A DNA stretch of 64,000 nucleotides, taken from assembly GCF_009914755.1 (NCBI RefSeq), contig NC_060936.1, one strand, 5' to 3'. Within the stretch, counting starts at the first letter, position 1, and each line of letters begins with the position of its first letter. The DNA is from the human T2T-CHM13v2.0 reference genome, Homo sapiens. This document shows, piece after piece, positions 17,000 to 32,900 of the stretch. The notes beneath the pieces are model-generated. The model had not been told where the DNA came from. It did not search any database and saw only the letters and a program-made list of their open reading frames with translations. The position numbers and the translations under genes are program-made.

Positions 17000-17605
17000 T
17001 ATTGTGAACAATTTTATACCATAACTTGGATAAATTAAATGAACCAATTGATTAAAAGACACAAATTATAAAACTGAATCAAAATAAACCCCTCATCAAT
17101 CTCAAAAGTTTAACTCATAATTAACAATCTTCCCAAAAAGAAAATTCCTGGACCAGATGGTTTCACTGGTCAATTCTATCAAATATTTAAGGAAGAATTA
17201 AACCCTATACAAACTTTTTTTAGAAAAGAAAAAAAGAAGAAATACTTCCCAGCTTGTTTATGAAGCCACCAAGCCTCCAAATCCAGATAGAGATTACAAA
17301 AAAAAAATAAAAGACAGACCAATGTATCTCATACATATAGACATAAAGAAAGATCTTTAACAAAATATTACCAAATCAAACCCAGCAATATAAAAAAAAA
17401 AATACATCATGATGAGGTTTGGCTTATCCAGGAATGTGAGATGGGTTTAGCATCCAAAAATCCAATCAATGTAATTTACCATATTAACAGATTAAAAAAC
17501 AAAACTATATGACAATATCAATAGTTACAGAAAAGCATGTGGCAATAATCCCTCAGTCCTAATTTAAGAAAAAAAAAAATCTCAGCAAAGTTGAAACAGA
17601 ATGAT
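17000..17605 (+). mobile_element. Old L1 ORF2 fragment
   Basis: ggaccagatggtttcactggtcaattctatcaaatatttaaggaagaa and gaccaatgtatctcat (PGPDGF / RPISL region). Confidence 0.85.
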
Positions 17606-17624
17606 ATGGCTGTTTCCAGAGACT

Positions 17625-17828
17625 ATAGTGGATGGTCATAGTTCTTTATTGGGACTTCTGTTTCTCACACCACACCCCAGATCCTCACTCCTATCAGGAA
17701 GCTGAATCCAGGAAGGGTCTCCAGACAAAAGCAGGCAAGAGAGTTCCTCCTTTCTCATCACTTAGATTTGTTGTCAGCAAGGGAGTGCTCTTAGAATACG
17801 TACGGTGTTTTTTGGCTGTGAACTCCAC
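17625..17828 (-). pseudogene. Candidate terminal exon of the SRCR-like relic
   Basis: Strong acceptor ttttcctttctcccattgcag; 44 open codons (VEFTAKKHRTYSKS...) to TGA at 17696-17694; AATAAA at 17650-17645. Confidence 0.6.
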
Positions 17829-18130
17829 CTGCAATGGGAGAAAGGAAAACACCTTGTGGATCAGATCATGCCATGTCCTGTTTGCACAGGTCTTTTATTC
17901 ACTTGGTGACATTAGAGAACCAGATGGCAAAAAGTGGCCAAGGCACCAGCCCTATCATAAAGTATAGAGGATGCTTGTGGAAAAGGCAGTCGGTTTTCAT
18001 GGAATGTTTTGCAAGTCCATGTTGACTGGAAAATACAAAACGTTTTCTCAAGAAGAAAAAGTTGCTACTGAGAAATACGCTCACTACCAGACAGTTTGTA
18101 AGTGATGCTGTCATTTTCGACTCTGTCATC

Positions 18131-18210
18131 CATCAGGCCTCAGTTGGTCATGGACTCTAGCTAAAGGTCACTAAAGGTCACTAGAGCCCATGACCAACTG
18201 AGGCCTGATG
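18131..18210. repeat. 30-bp inverted repeat (hairpin) with a 20-nt loop made of a duplicated 10-mer
   Basis: catcaggcctcagttggtcatggactctag / (ctaaaggtca)x2 / ctagagcccatgaccaactgaggcctgatg; 29 of 30 positions complementary. Confidence 0.95.
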
Positions 18211-18295
18211 AACGATGAATATCAAGTGCAAATGATATTCACTTGATATTCCCCCTCACCAAGAAAATTGTATTTGTCATCTATAATGTATATAG

Positions 18296-18606
<311 letters not shown>

Positions 18607-18695
18607 ATGGTCAGATTTTCCTATCTTCATTTCATTAATAAGGAAAGAAGCCCCTGAAAAAACATTTCTTTTCCAGACAAGGAAATGCAACTTAC

Positions 18696-18751
18696 CTTGA
18701 TAGATGACACTTCCTTCTCTGGATTATCACCTGCACACTCCTCCTGTAGGT
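18696..18751 (-). pseudogene. Candidate 56-nt exon (phase 1-0)
   Basis: ttctcctag|...atcaag|gtaagt; reads (D)LQEECAGDNPEKEVSSIK, in frame with both neighbouring exons. Confidence 0.6.
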
Positions 18752-18992
18752 CTAGGAGAACATAGAGTGACAGTTGGTGCATTTGTGCTGTTGAGGAATC
18801 CTACAAAAGGAGCCTTGGGGGATGTGGACCAGGGCTGGAGTATATGGAGGTGGGTGGTTGACAAGCATGGACTGAGCTGCTCCCGGGCCATTCTCCTTGG
18901 TGGTGAAGGAAGGAAAATGAGAGAGTCAGAAAGAAATGAAGACAGAACCTTGGTTTTCTAGTGAGGGCAACTTCATCCGTGTGAAATAGTCA

Positions 18993-19277
<285 letters not shown>

Positions 19278-19549
19278 TTGAATAATAATTAACTTTTCAA
19301 AATAAAAACAAAAAACACTACATCCTGATTGTTTCACTGGTAAATTCTACCAAATTCTTACCAAGAAAAATCGAGTCTTACCATGCAAGCAAGTAATCAT
19401 AAAATCCTAGGTATTCCTTAGTTTTATATTTTAAAAATTGTGTTTACAAAAATGATACAGGAAGGTTTATAATATCTGTATTCATACTTGCCCAAACTGA
19501 AAGCAAATATCTAAACATTTAAGATGTTCTTTACTATTAAAAGTGAACT

Positions 19550-20081
<532 letters not shown>

Positions 20082-20286
20082 GTGAACCAAATTTAAGTTG
20101 TCAATATATTTTTACTTGTGTAGTTGTACCACTATTGATTGACTTAATACATTTAAATTGGCGTGCATAAAATAAATGAAGAACATGGTATAGCATTTAT
20201 TGAGTTATGTCTCTAATATGGGGCACTGAATAAATAAGCTGAAATAATTTGCCTAAATGAACTTAATGGTTAAATTTTCACACTAC

Positions 20287-20535
20287 CTTCATGTTCACCA
20301 GGGAGAATTTTTTCCCATAGGCAGATTTTTTTCACCCACTATTTGAAGTGGCAACTGATCTTTGAAGCCAATGTGGACAGCTTCTTGCATCTTCATTTCA
20401 AGATGCTAGAAAATGTGTTATAATAAAGACAGCTCTTGACATCTTGCTGGCAGACGACCACAGAGAAATTAGTAAAAACTTATTCACAGATCAAACTTTT
20501 GATCCCATTTTTCACCATCTGCTTTTCAATGTCAC
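20287..20535 (-). pseudogene. Candidate 249-nt exon (phase 1-1), SRCR-like
   Basis: ctctgtttcag|...gaag|gtagtg; one frame with 3 stops: GDIEKQMVKNGIKSLICE*VFTNFSVVVCQQ...SKISCHFK*WVKKIC...EHE. Confidence 0.55.
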
Positions 20536-21318
20536 CTGAAACAGAGTTGGACGCTAGGAAGATCTTGCAAGGTTGATTGCACTTAAAGCCAGACTGACTG
20601 TGCAGGCAGATGCATTTATTTAGATGAGACAATATAGAAAGGCAGCAGATCCAAGTCACCAAGAATGGCCTGGGTTCAAATCCTACTTAGAATCTGCACA
20701 TACCTGGGAGAGAGATATGAACCCCTCTGTGCCTCAGTTTCCTATTCTGAAATGTGGAAATGTTAGTATGGTCTATGCTATGGCATAGGGCTAAAATGGA
20801 TGAAATACAGATAAAGCCTTCAGAAGACTCATGCCTTGTAAATGCCCAATCATTCAATGTCTGGAAGAATAATCCAGATACTCAGTAGTGGTTGAATACA
20901 GAGAGGGAGCTTGCATGGCTCCTGGGCAGGGGCGGATGGAAAGTGACTTCACCCTTTGTGTGGGCATGATGCTTTCCAGCTCATGGAGGAGATCTGTGAT
21001 TTCCCATGATCCCCACATCAGCCCCGAGAGATGGGCAGAGCAGGGGCTACAACTTATATTTTCCAAATCAGCGAGTTAAAATGTAGACATTTTGAGTGAC
21101 TTTCCCAGAGTTACCACAGTGAAGAGTAATAGATCTGGGAAAAGAATGTAGTTGCTTCCCTGGGGATGGAGACCCCTGAACACCTGAGTCCTCTAGATCA
21201 TGCCTTGGACTCTGAACCAAGAGCTCTTCTCACAAGATTTGTCAAATCTTGCTGCTCCAATATTTCTTTGGGATGACTGATGCCCTGGAAGAGGTGGCAG
21301 TTGGCTTACTGCACTTAC

Positions 21319-21477
21319 CGACCTGCTCTATTCTTCCTGTGCTGTTGCTTTTATTAGTTTTATGGCCCATAAGACAAACATTTAAAGTCTCTTAGTTATG
21401 ATGCATGGTCTGAGGTTTTATCTAAATCCACTGTTTCCACCCATCAGGTGATTCTCATCTGCTGGCCTGGAGCTGGC
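21319..21477 (-). pseudogene. Candidate 159-nt exon with an SRCR N-terminal motif
   Basis: tcctcttatatggcag|...gtcg|gtaagt; ends LNVCLMGHKTNKSNSTGRIEQV (compare VRLVG...GRVEV). Confidence 0.5.
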
Positions 21478-21773
21478 CTGCCATATAAGAGGACACACAG
21501 TATACCATGGAGCTGCTTATGTGCCCCAGTCCTGTGCACACTCATGCATTGCTTCTGCTTTCTCAGCTCTGACAATCCTAATTCTGGCTTCCAAACCAAT
21601 TCTGTACTTCCCTCTCAGTTCTCAGACTTGCCTGAACTGTTTTACATTTTAATCAATATTTTAGTGACCGTGACTGAGCTGTGACATTTCATATATCATA
21701 GTATATTTTTATCCCTTTAAATTTTTCTTAATAGCATTTAACTTTATTTTTCTGGCTTTTAGGAACATTTCTG

Positions 21774-22070
21774 GGCTACGTGTGCTGGCTCATGGCTGTA
21801 ATCCCAACATTTTTGGAGGCCGAGGCAGGAGGATTGCTTGAGGTCAGAAATTTGAGACTAGCCTGAGCAACATAGTGAGACCTCATCTCTACAAAAAAAA
21901 AAATTAATTATCCAGGTGTGACGGTGTGCTCTTGTAGCCCTAGCTACTTGGAAAGCTGAGGTGGGAGGGTCACTTGAGCCTAGGTGTTTGAGGGTGCAGT
22001 GAGCTATGATCATGCCACTGCACTCCAGCCTGGGTGACAAAGTAAGAACCTGTCTCTTAAAAATAAAAAG
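21774..22070 (+). mobile_element. AluJ
   Basis: Diverged full Alu. Confidence 0.9.
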
Positions 22071-23159
22071 CATTACTGGGTTACAAGTATCTCCATTTTA
22101 TTTCTCACTAATCCTGAGGCTTAATTACTTTAATACACTAAAGGAAAGTTAAAAAAAGGTAGTATGCAAAGAAGCCCATATGCACCGTTTTATAAATTCT
22201 AGTTTTGTATGCCATATATCTAGAATTTACCTTCTTGATCTACTGAGTCTAATTTTTTCAAACCTTGAAAAACTCAGTATATGCTTCTTAGAACCAGTCT
22301 TCTGTTATGTAACACAAGTATCATTCCTATATTACACCTAACTCGAAACATTCTGATGATCAAATAAAATGCAAGAGTAGTCTATATACTACATAATGCT
22401 CAATAAATTACAAAGGCTCAGGGGTGGTGGTTGGTGCCCCAACCCTTGCATTGTTTACGGGTCCACTGCACAGTATCTGGGGCCAAGACAGCATTGCTGG
22501 GTGCCCCTCCCCCCACACTTCCAGAGCACGCATGCAATGTCTGTTATAGACCATGTCAGTGAGCCCCACGCAGGTCCCAGAAACCCAACTTGAATGGCCT
22601 CAGACAAGGGGAGAATTATTACCTTGAATAACATGGAATCCAGGTGTGGGGTGCTCAGGGCCACCTGAAGCCAGAGGCCCGGCCCCTTTTCTATTTGCCC
22701 TATCTTTGACCTCGCATTGACTGGCTTCCCTCCTGGAGGCAGACAGCTCCGGCAGAGCAGAGCCTCACCCCGGCACTCAATGCCATCCAATGAAGGAGGA
22801 GGCTGAGACCAGGATCCCAGAAGACATAGAGAGGTCTTCTCTGTGGACCACACAGAGAGGTCCATTCCTGATGACCAGGACCAGGACCCAGGCCTAACTG
22901 CCTTCCTTGGGGCACTACCAGAGGATGGGTGGTGCAGGCCTCAAGCCTAGGACAGCAGCTGACCACCACCCCCTCACCCATCCCCTAACCCCCAGGCCAG
23001 GGACAGTGAAGATTCCTGAGTGAGCACCACCCAAGAACCAAACAAAAATTCTAGCAAGGAGAACATATTCGGCAGAACTCTGGGGAGATGTGGCAGGAAG
23101 CAGGTCCCAGGCCTCTGGTGTAAGGGCTTACAGGAACCCAGAGGTCTCCCCATCCAGCC

Positions 23160-25059
<1,900 letters not shown>

Positions 25060-25060
<1 letters not shown>

Positions 25061-25525
25061 TTAAGGGTGCCTTGAATTTGTTTTTAAACAGGTATGGCAA
25101 GACAGGCAGACACAGAAATGACTGGTATAAAGAAAAAAGCTTGTTATACTCATAGATTTCAAGAAAAGGGGACATACTGTGCCACACAAGGCCATACAGG
25201 GAAGCACAAGGGTGGTCAGGAGGCGGAAGACAGGAATCTGTATTGTGGTTTCCCCTGGGAAGGAACAGGGGAAGCAAAGCAAGCAGGTTTAGGATTGGCT
25301 AGTTTGAATACTTTTGGTGGGCTCGTAGGCACAGGGACAGACAACTAGATACTTAGTTTTCTGGTACCTGGACTTGGAATGATGAGGGCAGGTGGATAGT
25401 GGCCCAGAGTGTGAGAGCCCAGTAAAGAAAGGGCTTCAGGCTATGAGCTCTGAATTGGTTGGTTTGCACATGAAAGGCACACTCTTTGCCATCTCTAGGA
25501 ATTAGCTAACCCTGGGAGGGGTAGT
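25060..25525 (-). mobile_element. Old LTR (MER68/MER77-like, subfamily uncertain)
   Basis: aggtttaggattggctagtttgaat...tctctaggaattagctaaccctgggagggg resembles recalled ERVL-type LTR consensus. Confidence 0.5.
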
Positions 25526-25955
25526 GCCTATAGGGGCACCCTGCAGGCCTCCCTTCCTGTGGTGGCTGAGGTGGAATGGCTTGGCTCATGGGGTTGGAAT
25601 AAGCAGTGACCTCATAGAGCAGTAATTCCCACTGCCTGGCTGCAGACCACTGGGCTGCTCCCTGGTTGAGAATTACCAAAAGGGTCCCCCAACCGAAAGC
25701 AGTCACCACCTCACACCTAGAACAACAGTTACTCAGCTAGCTTGACCAGAGGCACTTGTTCACCATGAGTGCTTCCTCCTGGGTCCTGGAATTTGGCCCT
25801 ACATCTCAGGGCCTTTCTTTGGTCGACTTCCCTCTCATTCTATGTGTGAGCCTTGTTTCCCAAATCTCAGCAGCCTAAATATCACAACCTATGGTATAAT
25901 AGGTGGGAAATGAGGGTGGCCCCTGCAAGAGCAAAGCCATTACACTTAGCCCAAT

Positions 25956-26545
25956 TATTAGAAATGCTCGTTCCCTGGTGCCACGAAGAAATAGCACTCG
26001 AACATAAATTTAATTTTCTCAGCAAGGCAATTTTTACTTCTATAGAAGGGTAGCACTCGTGAATAGAGTAATGGCAAGAGCACACCTGGACAGGGAAGGG
26101 AAAGGAGTTCTTATTCCTGATGCAGGTAGCCCCCACTGCTGTGTCTTTCCCCTATCGGCTAGGGTTGGACCACACAGTCTAAGCTAATTCTGATTGGCTA
26201 TTTTAAGGAGAGCAGGGGTATGAGCCAAAGTGGCAGGGTGAGTAGTTTGGCAGGAAGGATGGTTAGGATCAAGTAACTCAAGGTGACTTAGGTCAGAGTG
26301 GGTGAGCAGGGTGACTCAGGTCAAAGCAGGTGACTGGGATGAGTCAGGATGGAGCAGGTGGCCAGGGGAACAGAGGTGAACTACTGATTAGGACTGGCCG
26401 GAAGGTTGTTTACTGAAACTAGAAGCAAGGGGGAGAAGAGAACCAGGAAGTTAAACTTTAAAATGGAGAATCAAAGAATAAAAGAGTTGAACATACTGAC
26501 ATACTGATTCTTTGAAGAGAAACTTGGGGTTCACTATATTTAACA
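25956..26545 (-). mobile_element. Solo LTR10A (HERV-I group)
   Basis: Reverse complement starts tgttaaatatagtgaaccccaagtttctcttcaaagaatcagtatgtcagtatg; internal TGA(C/G)TCA repeat tract. Confidence 0.8.
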
Positions 26546-26659
26546 CTTGGTTGCCAAAACCCCCTTATGGCAGCAACAGACTGCTGAGCACCGAAAATTC
26601 ATCTCCTTTTCCATGGTGTATTCTTTTTTCTTTTTCTTTTCTTTGTCTTTTCTGATTGA

Positions 26660-26958
26660 TTGATTGTTTGTTTGTTTGTTTGTTGTGAGACAGGGTCTTG
26701 CTGTATCACACAGGCTGGACTGCAGAGGTACATCCATAGCTCACTGCAATCTCAAACTCCAGGGCTCAGTGATCCTCCTAGCTCAGCCTCCCAAGTAGCT
26801 GGGACTATAGGTAGGCAGCACTATGCCCAGCTAATTAATTTTCATGTAGAAATGGGGTCTCACTCTGTTGCCTAGGCCGGTCTCAAACTCCTGACCTCCT
26901 CCCACCTTGACCTCCCAAAGCACCTGGATTATAGGCATGAGCCACCATGTCTGGCCTA
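26660..26958 (-). mobile_element. AluJ
   Basis: Diverged reverse Alu with (TTTG)n tail. Confidence 0.9.
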
Positions 26959-27819
26959 CATTCTATACTGCTAAAGAAGGCATCTGTTTAGCCTAGGACT
27001 CAATTTTCCAGATCCCTAAAAAGGAAATGGGGGAAAGATGATCAATTCAAACATAAATTCCCTGGCTGACACTTCTACAGATGAGGTCCTGCTGCATCCT
27101 CAGGCAACTGACTCCCCACCTTGGAGCTGATCCTACCGAACTGTTTCAGCCCACCTACATGCCCCTGGGCAATGACAGACCCTTCTGTGGACCAGCGCCG
27201 GCTCACACACTCTGGCAAGCATCTTGGCCACTGGCAGGCTGGAGGTCACAGCAGAGTCGAGGTCTTTTGGGAAAGTCTGAATTTCAGCCTTGCCTGGAGT
27301 CTCATTCCCAAGCTCTTAGTTCCTTCGCTGGCTGGCTTCCCTCAGCATGAGTCAGTAGCTGCTTTCTGAATCTGCTACTCGTGAAAGGCTTAACAGTCTT
27401 TTTTTATCCTTTTCATGAGCTAACTACTCTTTACGGTTTAACAACCCTGAAATGTTTCCTGTTTAAATTACTGGTGTGGTTCATCTCCTGATACCACCCT
27501 GATTGACAAATATCTCAGTATCAAAAGATGGTATAGGAAAAAGGGTCATCTCTCAACTGTTGCTATAATTGACTTAAAACCCAAACTCAAATAAAAATAT
27601 CTTCTTCCAAAGATAAGTGGGAGATGGAGAAAAGTTCAACAAACCATAATCACAAAAACATGAAAAAAACCATACTGAGGCACATCATAATCATCAAATT
27701 TCTCCAACCAACTCATCTAAGAGAAAATTTTAAGTGGCCAGAAGAAAAAAAAAATTACAGCTTATACAGAAGAACAAAGGTAAAAATGACAGCAAATTTC
27801 TCACAGAAATAATGCAAGT

Positions 27820-28092
27820 GGCCAGGTACAGTGGCTCATACTTATAATCCCAGCACTGTGGGAGGCCCAGGCAAGAGGATTACTTGAGGCCAGTAGCTCA
27901 AGACCAGCCTAGGTAACATAGAGAGACCTCATCTCTACAAAAATTAAAAAAAAAAATTAGCCAGGTGGTGGGGCATGCCTGTGGTCCCAGGCATTTGGGA
28001 GGCTGAGAAGGGAGGATTGCTTGGGCCCTGGAGGTCAAGGCTTCAGTGAGTCGTGATCACATCACTGCACTCCAGCCTGGGTGACAGAGTGA
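27820..28092 (+). mobile_element. AluJ preceded by an old L1 ORF1 fragment (about 27600-27815)
   Basis: Alu body; upstream remnant TILRHIII.KF...TKVKMTANFS. Confidence 0.8.
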
Positions 28093-28094
28093 AA

Positions 28095-28810
28095 ATACAA
28101 CGCCTTTCTGATGAAAAATTAATGGATTCCAAATTTGAAAATTGGCAAGTAACTTTCTTTAGTTTTAGTTGAGTCATGTGACATGAGACACTGTTCAATA
28201 ATAATTTAAAATACATTTTATCTCAAAGGACATCCAGACCTATAAAGAAATGTTGCCAATTTTTAGCCTAGAAGATCAAACCTGTGACATAGATATTTTT
28301 AATCTTTTACATTTATCAAATAACAATTCCAGTTAAATGTAAAAAAAATAGTTTTATCATGATGGACAGTAATCCGGCTATGTTAAGTCAAAATTCTGGA
28401 TTTAATGGGATTTTAAAGCAATAGACTGATGTTTCCCTTTATTGCTTTAGTCTGCTCCATGATACATATTCTAAAATATTGTGCTCAATTTTGACAGCAG
28501 ACTCTATGAAAAACATAATTGATGGATATAGTTGCTAAAATCATTCAGTATATATGTGCAAGTTCTATGAAGCATCATTTTATGGAAATAAAACAAAAGC
28601 TATATAAGCGCTAGCTATGATTACTGAAAGAAATAGATGGTAATACATTTTTTACCTGGCAGTCTGTGCTTACATTTTCTCATTAATATGTACTATCTAT
28701 GAATGAGCTACATAAGAACCAAAGAAAGAAAAAGCTTACTTGTGACCTAGCTAGCCAGTATAAGAATTTATATAGAAATGGAAACTTTTCATAATATTAA
28801 TTGATAATGA
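28095..28810 (+). mobile_element. hAT/Charlie transposase relic
   Basis: Remnants DSNPAMLSQNSGF, C.MIH...CAQ and IVAKIIQYICA resemble Charlie DGAPAM / HC.IH...LCA motifs. Confidence 0.65.
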
Positions 28811-28894
28811 TACTGGGATGGGCTTGACACCCCCCTGCCAGTACCTGGCCCCCACCTGGTGTCCTGGGGCCCTCTCCATCCTCCCCTTGCCTAC

Positions 28895-29077
28895 CTGCTC
28901 CCTACACTTCCAGCCAGAGTCGGTGCAGGTCCTCAGCAGTAAAGACGTTCTTGACCATTACCCCTTACATCTCCCAAACCCAATAACGAACACACAGCTT
29001 GGCTGCCTGGAACCTGATTGCTGTTTCATAAGGAGTCCTTGTTAGGATCATCACAATGGTGGCCATAATATCCACAA
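28895..29077 (-). pseudogene. Candidate exon encoding the best-preserved SRCR-like domain core
   Basis: GYYGHHCDD...SQAVCSLLGLG...(frameshift)GVMVKNV/YC*GPAPTL; compare G.WGT.CDD...A.VVCR.LG.G...WLD.V.C.G.E..L. The stop fits CGA>TGA decay; donor gcag|gtaggc. Confidence 0.65.
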
Positions 29078-29288
29078 CTACCCAGGATTAAATGTGAGCG
29101 CTTATGCAAGCGCTCACAAACATCCTACCCTCAGACACTGTGCTGTGAATAATACTGTCATCTGACCTGAGGGTTAAAGAGGTTAAGTAACAGCTAGGGA
29201 GTGATGGGGTTCAAATTTGAACTTAGAGCTGTCTGATCTGATTCATGGATGGCTAATGTGGTTTTCCGAAACTACCACTTGTCTAGAC

Positions 29289-29459
29289 CAGCTTTTCTCA
29301 ACCTCAGCATTATAATTCCTTGTAGTGAGGGGTCTCTGGGCATTATAGGATGCTTATAAGTAACCCTGACCCCTACCCAGTTGTGACAACCAAACATTTC
29401 CAGGTTGCCGTATGTCCCCTTGGGGAATGGGACAACATCACCCTGGTGGAGAACCACTG
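29289..29459. mobile_element. MER3/MER20-type hAT MITE
   Basis: CAG...CTG ends with perfect 8-bp TSD GTCTAGAC (29281-29288 and 29460-29467). Confidence 0.85.
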
Positions 29460-29507
29460 GTCTAGACTCTGTTATTGGTGTCCTTTTGTCATTTGAATTT
29501 GTGTTCA

Positions 29508-29824
<317 letters not shown>

Positions 29825-29997
29825 TAAAAAGCCAGCTCTCTTTTTCTTCTATCTCCTAGATTTCCTGGCTTGCTTAGCAATGTTTCCCGCCACTGTAAGA
29901 TGGTACAAATATTATTCTAAATTTTCTTTTAACATTTCTTATGTTTTTTTTTCAATATTTATATCTCTAGACCACCTAGAATTTACCTTTTTATATG

Positions 29998-32900
29998 ATG
30001 TGAGGGTCTGCAACTTCATTCCTGAAGTCAGCGAGACCACAAACCCACCGGGAGGAACAAACAACTCTGGATGCACTACCTTTAAGAGCTGTAACACTCA
30101 CTGCAAAGGTCTGCGGCTTCTCTCCTGAAGTCAGTGAGACCACGAACCCACTGGAAGGAAGAAACTCTGGACACATCTGAACATCTGAAGGAACAAACTC
30201 CAGACACACCATCTTTAAGAGCTGTAACACTCACCTCAAGGGTCTGTGGCTTCATGCTTGAAGTCAGTGAGTCCAAGAACCCACCAGAAGGAACCAATTC
30301 CGGACACATTTTGGCAACCACGAAGGGGTTATCGCCTATCTCCAAGCAGTGAGTACCATCAGACCCCTTTCGCTTGCTATTCTGTCCTATTTTTCCTTAG
30401 AATTTGGGGGCTAAATACCTGCACCTGTCAGCCAGTTGAAAGCGACTAGTGTGGCCACTGGACTACAGACACGGGTGTCAAGCTTTCTGGGAAAGGGCTA
30501 ACAACCCCTGACTCTTCAGAGCTGGCAGCATTGGTTGGCCTAGAACCAGCTTCCACTTTTCATGTACTTCTGGGCTGAGCCGAGCATCAACAGAGAGGGA
30601 AGTCATTCAGCTCCAGGGTCCCGAAAACAAGTTGGTTGACCCTGCAGCCATGAGCAGAACTCTCAAAGCCTTGTCGCCCAAGCGAGACTCGCCCATCTAT
30701 CCTATTTATCCTGACCCTTGCCTCCTGGGTCCTAGCGCCTGTCAGACAAACTTCCTCTCGCCTCTTTTCTCTGAGACTAGTCCTGCTTCTAAAAACCACT
30801 CCCTGTCTCTGGTGCTTTCCTAGTTCCTCCTATAAGAATGATTTCTAGTATAAATTTCAGGACTGTGTTACCTTCTTTAGGCACCCAGACTCACCAATCA
30901 GAAAGACATAATTTTTGCCCAAAGCCCCGTCGGGCAGGGGACTATCTGGAATTTTAGGATCCCTTCTCAGACCAGCAGGCCTAACAAAAGCTATTCCTGA
31001 AGCTAGGATATGGGGAGCTTCAGAAATGATATCCTTCCTATTCAAGTGAGGACAAAAGGCGTTACTCTTCCAACCCTGGATATCCCTTCCCTCCCTCAGG
31101 GTATGGCCCTTCACTTCATTTTTGGGGCATAACATCTTTATAGGACACGAGTAAAGTCCCAATACTAATAGAAGAATGCTTAGGACTCTAACAGGTTTTC
31201 GAGAATGTGTCGGTAAGGGCCAATAAATCTGATTTTTCTCAGTCCTCTCTGTGGTCTAGGAGGACAGGCAAAGGTGCAGGTTTTCGAGAATGCATCGGTA
31301 AGGGCCACTAAATACAACATTCCTCGGTCCTCCTTGTGGTCTAGGAGGAAAACTAGTGTTTCTGCTGCTGCGTCAGTAAGAGCAACTATTCCGATCAGCA
31401 GGGTCCAGGGACCGTTGCAGGTTCTCGGGCAAGAGGTATTTCTGCTGCTGCGTCAGTGAGCGCAACTATTTTCATCAGCAGGGTCCAGGGACCGTTGTGG
31501 GTTCTTGGGCAGGGGGCAAAACAAACAAACCAAAACTGTGGGCGATTTTGCCTTTCAGATGGGAAACACCCAGGCATCAACAGGCTCACCCTTGAAATGC
31601 ATCCTAAGCCATTGGGACCAATTTGACCTGCAAACCCTGAAAAAGAGGTGGCTCATTTTTTTCTGCACTGTGGCTTGGCCCCAGTATTCTCTCTTTGATG
31701 GGGGAAAATGGCCACCTGAGGGAAGTATAAATTACAATACTATCCTGCAGCTTGACCTTTTGCTGTAAGAGAGAAGGCAAAAGAAGTGAAATATCTTATG
31801 TCCAAGCTTTCTTTTCATTGAAGGAGAATCCACAACTATGCAAAGCTTGCAATTTACATCCCACAGAAGGACCTCTCAGCTTACCCCCATATCCTAGCCC
31901 TCTATAGCTCCCCTTCCTATTAATGATAAGCCTCCTCTAATCTCCCCGGCCCAGAAGGAAACAAGCAAAGAAATCTCCAAAGGACCACAAAACCCCCCGG
32001 GCTATCAGTTATGTTCCCATCAAGCTGTAGGGGGAGGGAAATTTGGCCCAACCTGGGTACATGTCCCCTTCTCCCTCTCTGATTTAAAGCAGATCAAGGC
32101 AGACCTGGGGGAGTTTTCAGGTGATCCTGATAGGTACACAGATGTCCTACAGGGTCTAGGGCAAACCTTCGATCTCACTTGGAGAGATATCATGCTATTG
32201 TTAAGATCAAATCCTGGCCTTTAATGAAAAGAATGTGGTTTTAGCTGCAGCCTGAGAGTTTGGACATCCTGGTATCTTAGTCAAGTAAATGATAGAATAA
32301 GAGCTAAAGAAAGGGACAATTCCCTACCAGTCAGCAAGCCATCTCCAGCGTGGATCCCCACTGGGACCTAGACTCAGATCATGGGGACTGGAGTCGTAAA
32401 CATTTGCTGACCTGTGTTCTAGAAGGACTAAGGAGAATTAGGAAAAAGCCCATGAATTATTCAATGATGTCCACCATAACTCAGGGAAAGGAAGAAAATC
32501 CTTCTGCCTTCCTTGAGTGGCAAAGGAGGCCTTAAGAAAATATACTCCCCTGTCACCCGACTCACTCAAGGGTCAATTGATCCTAAAAGATAAGTTTATT
32601 ACCGAATCAGCCGCAGATATCAGGAGAAAGCCCCAAAAGCTAGCCCTGGGCCCTGAACAAAATCTGGAGGCATTATTAAACCTGGCAACCTTGGTGTTCT
32701 ATAATAGGGGCCAAGAGGAAGCAGAATGGTTCATTGTTCTGGACTTCAAGGATGCCTTCTTCTGTATTTCCCTGCACTCTGACTCCCAGTTTCTCTTTGC
32801 TTTTGAGGATCCCACAGGCTACATATCCCAACTTACATGGACAGTCTTGCCCCAGTGGTTTAGGGATAGCTTTCATCTGTTTGGTCAGGTACTGGCCCAA

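Noticed and set aside
29091-29120. 11-bp palindrome tgtgagcgctt-atgc-aagcgctcaca resembling a symmetric lac operator
   Set aside because: No vector context; a short local inverted repeat is sufficient explanation.
31190-31510. Two pairs of roughly 75-85 bp direct repeats
   Set aside because: Lie in the ERV9 leader, where such repeats are a normal feature as far as I recall.
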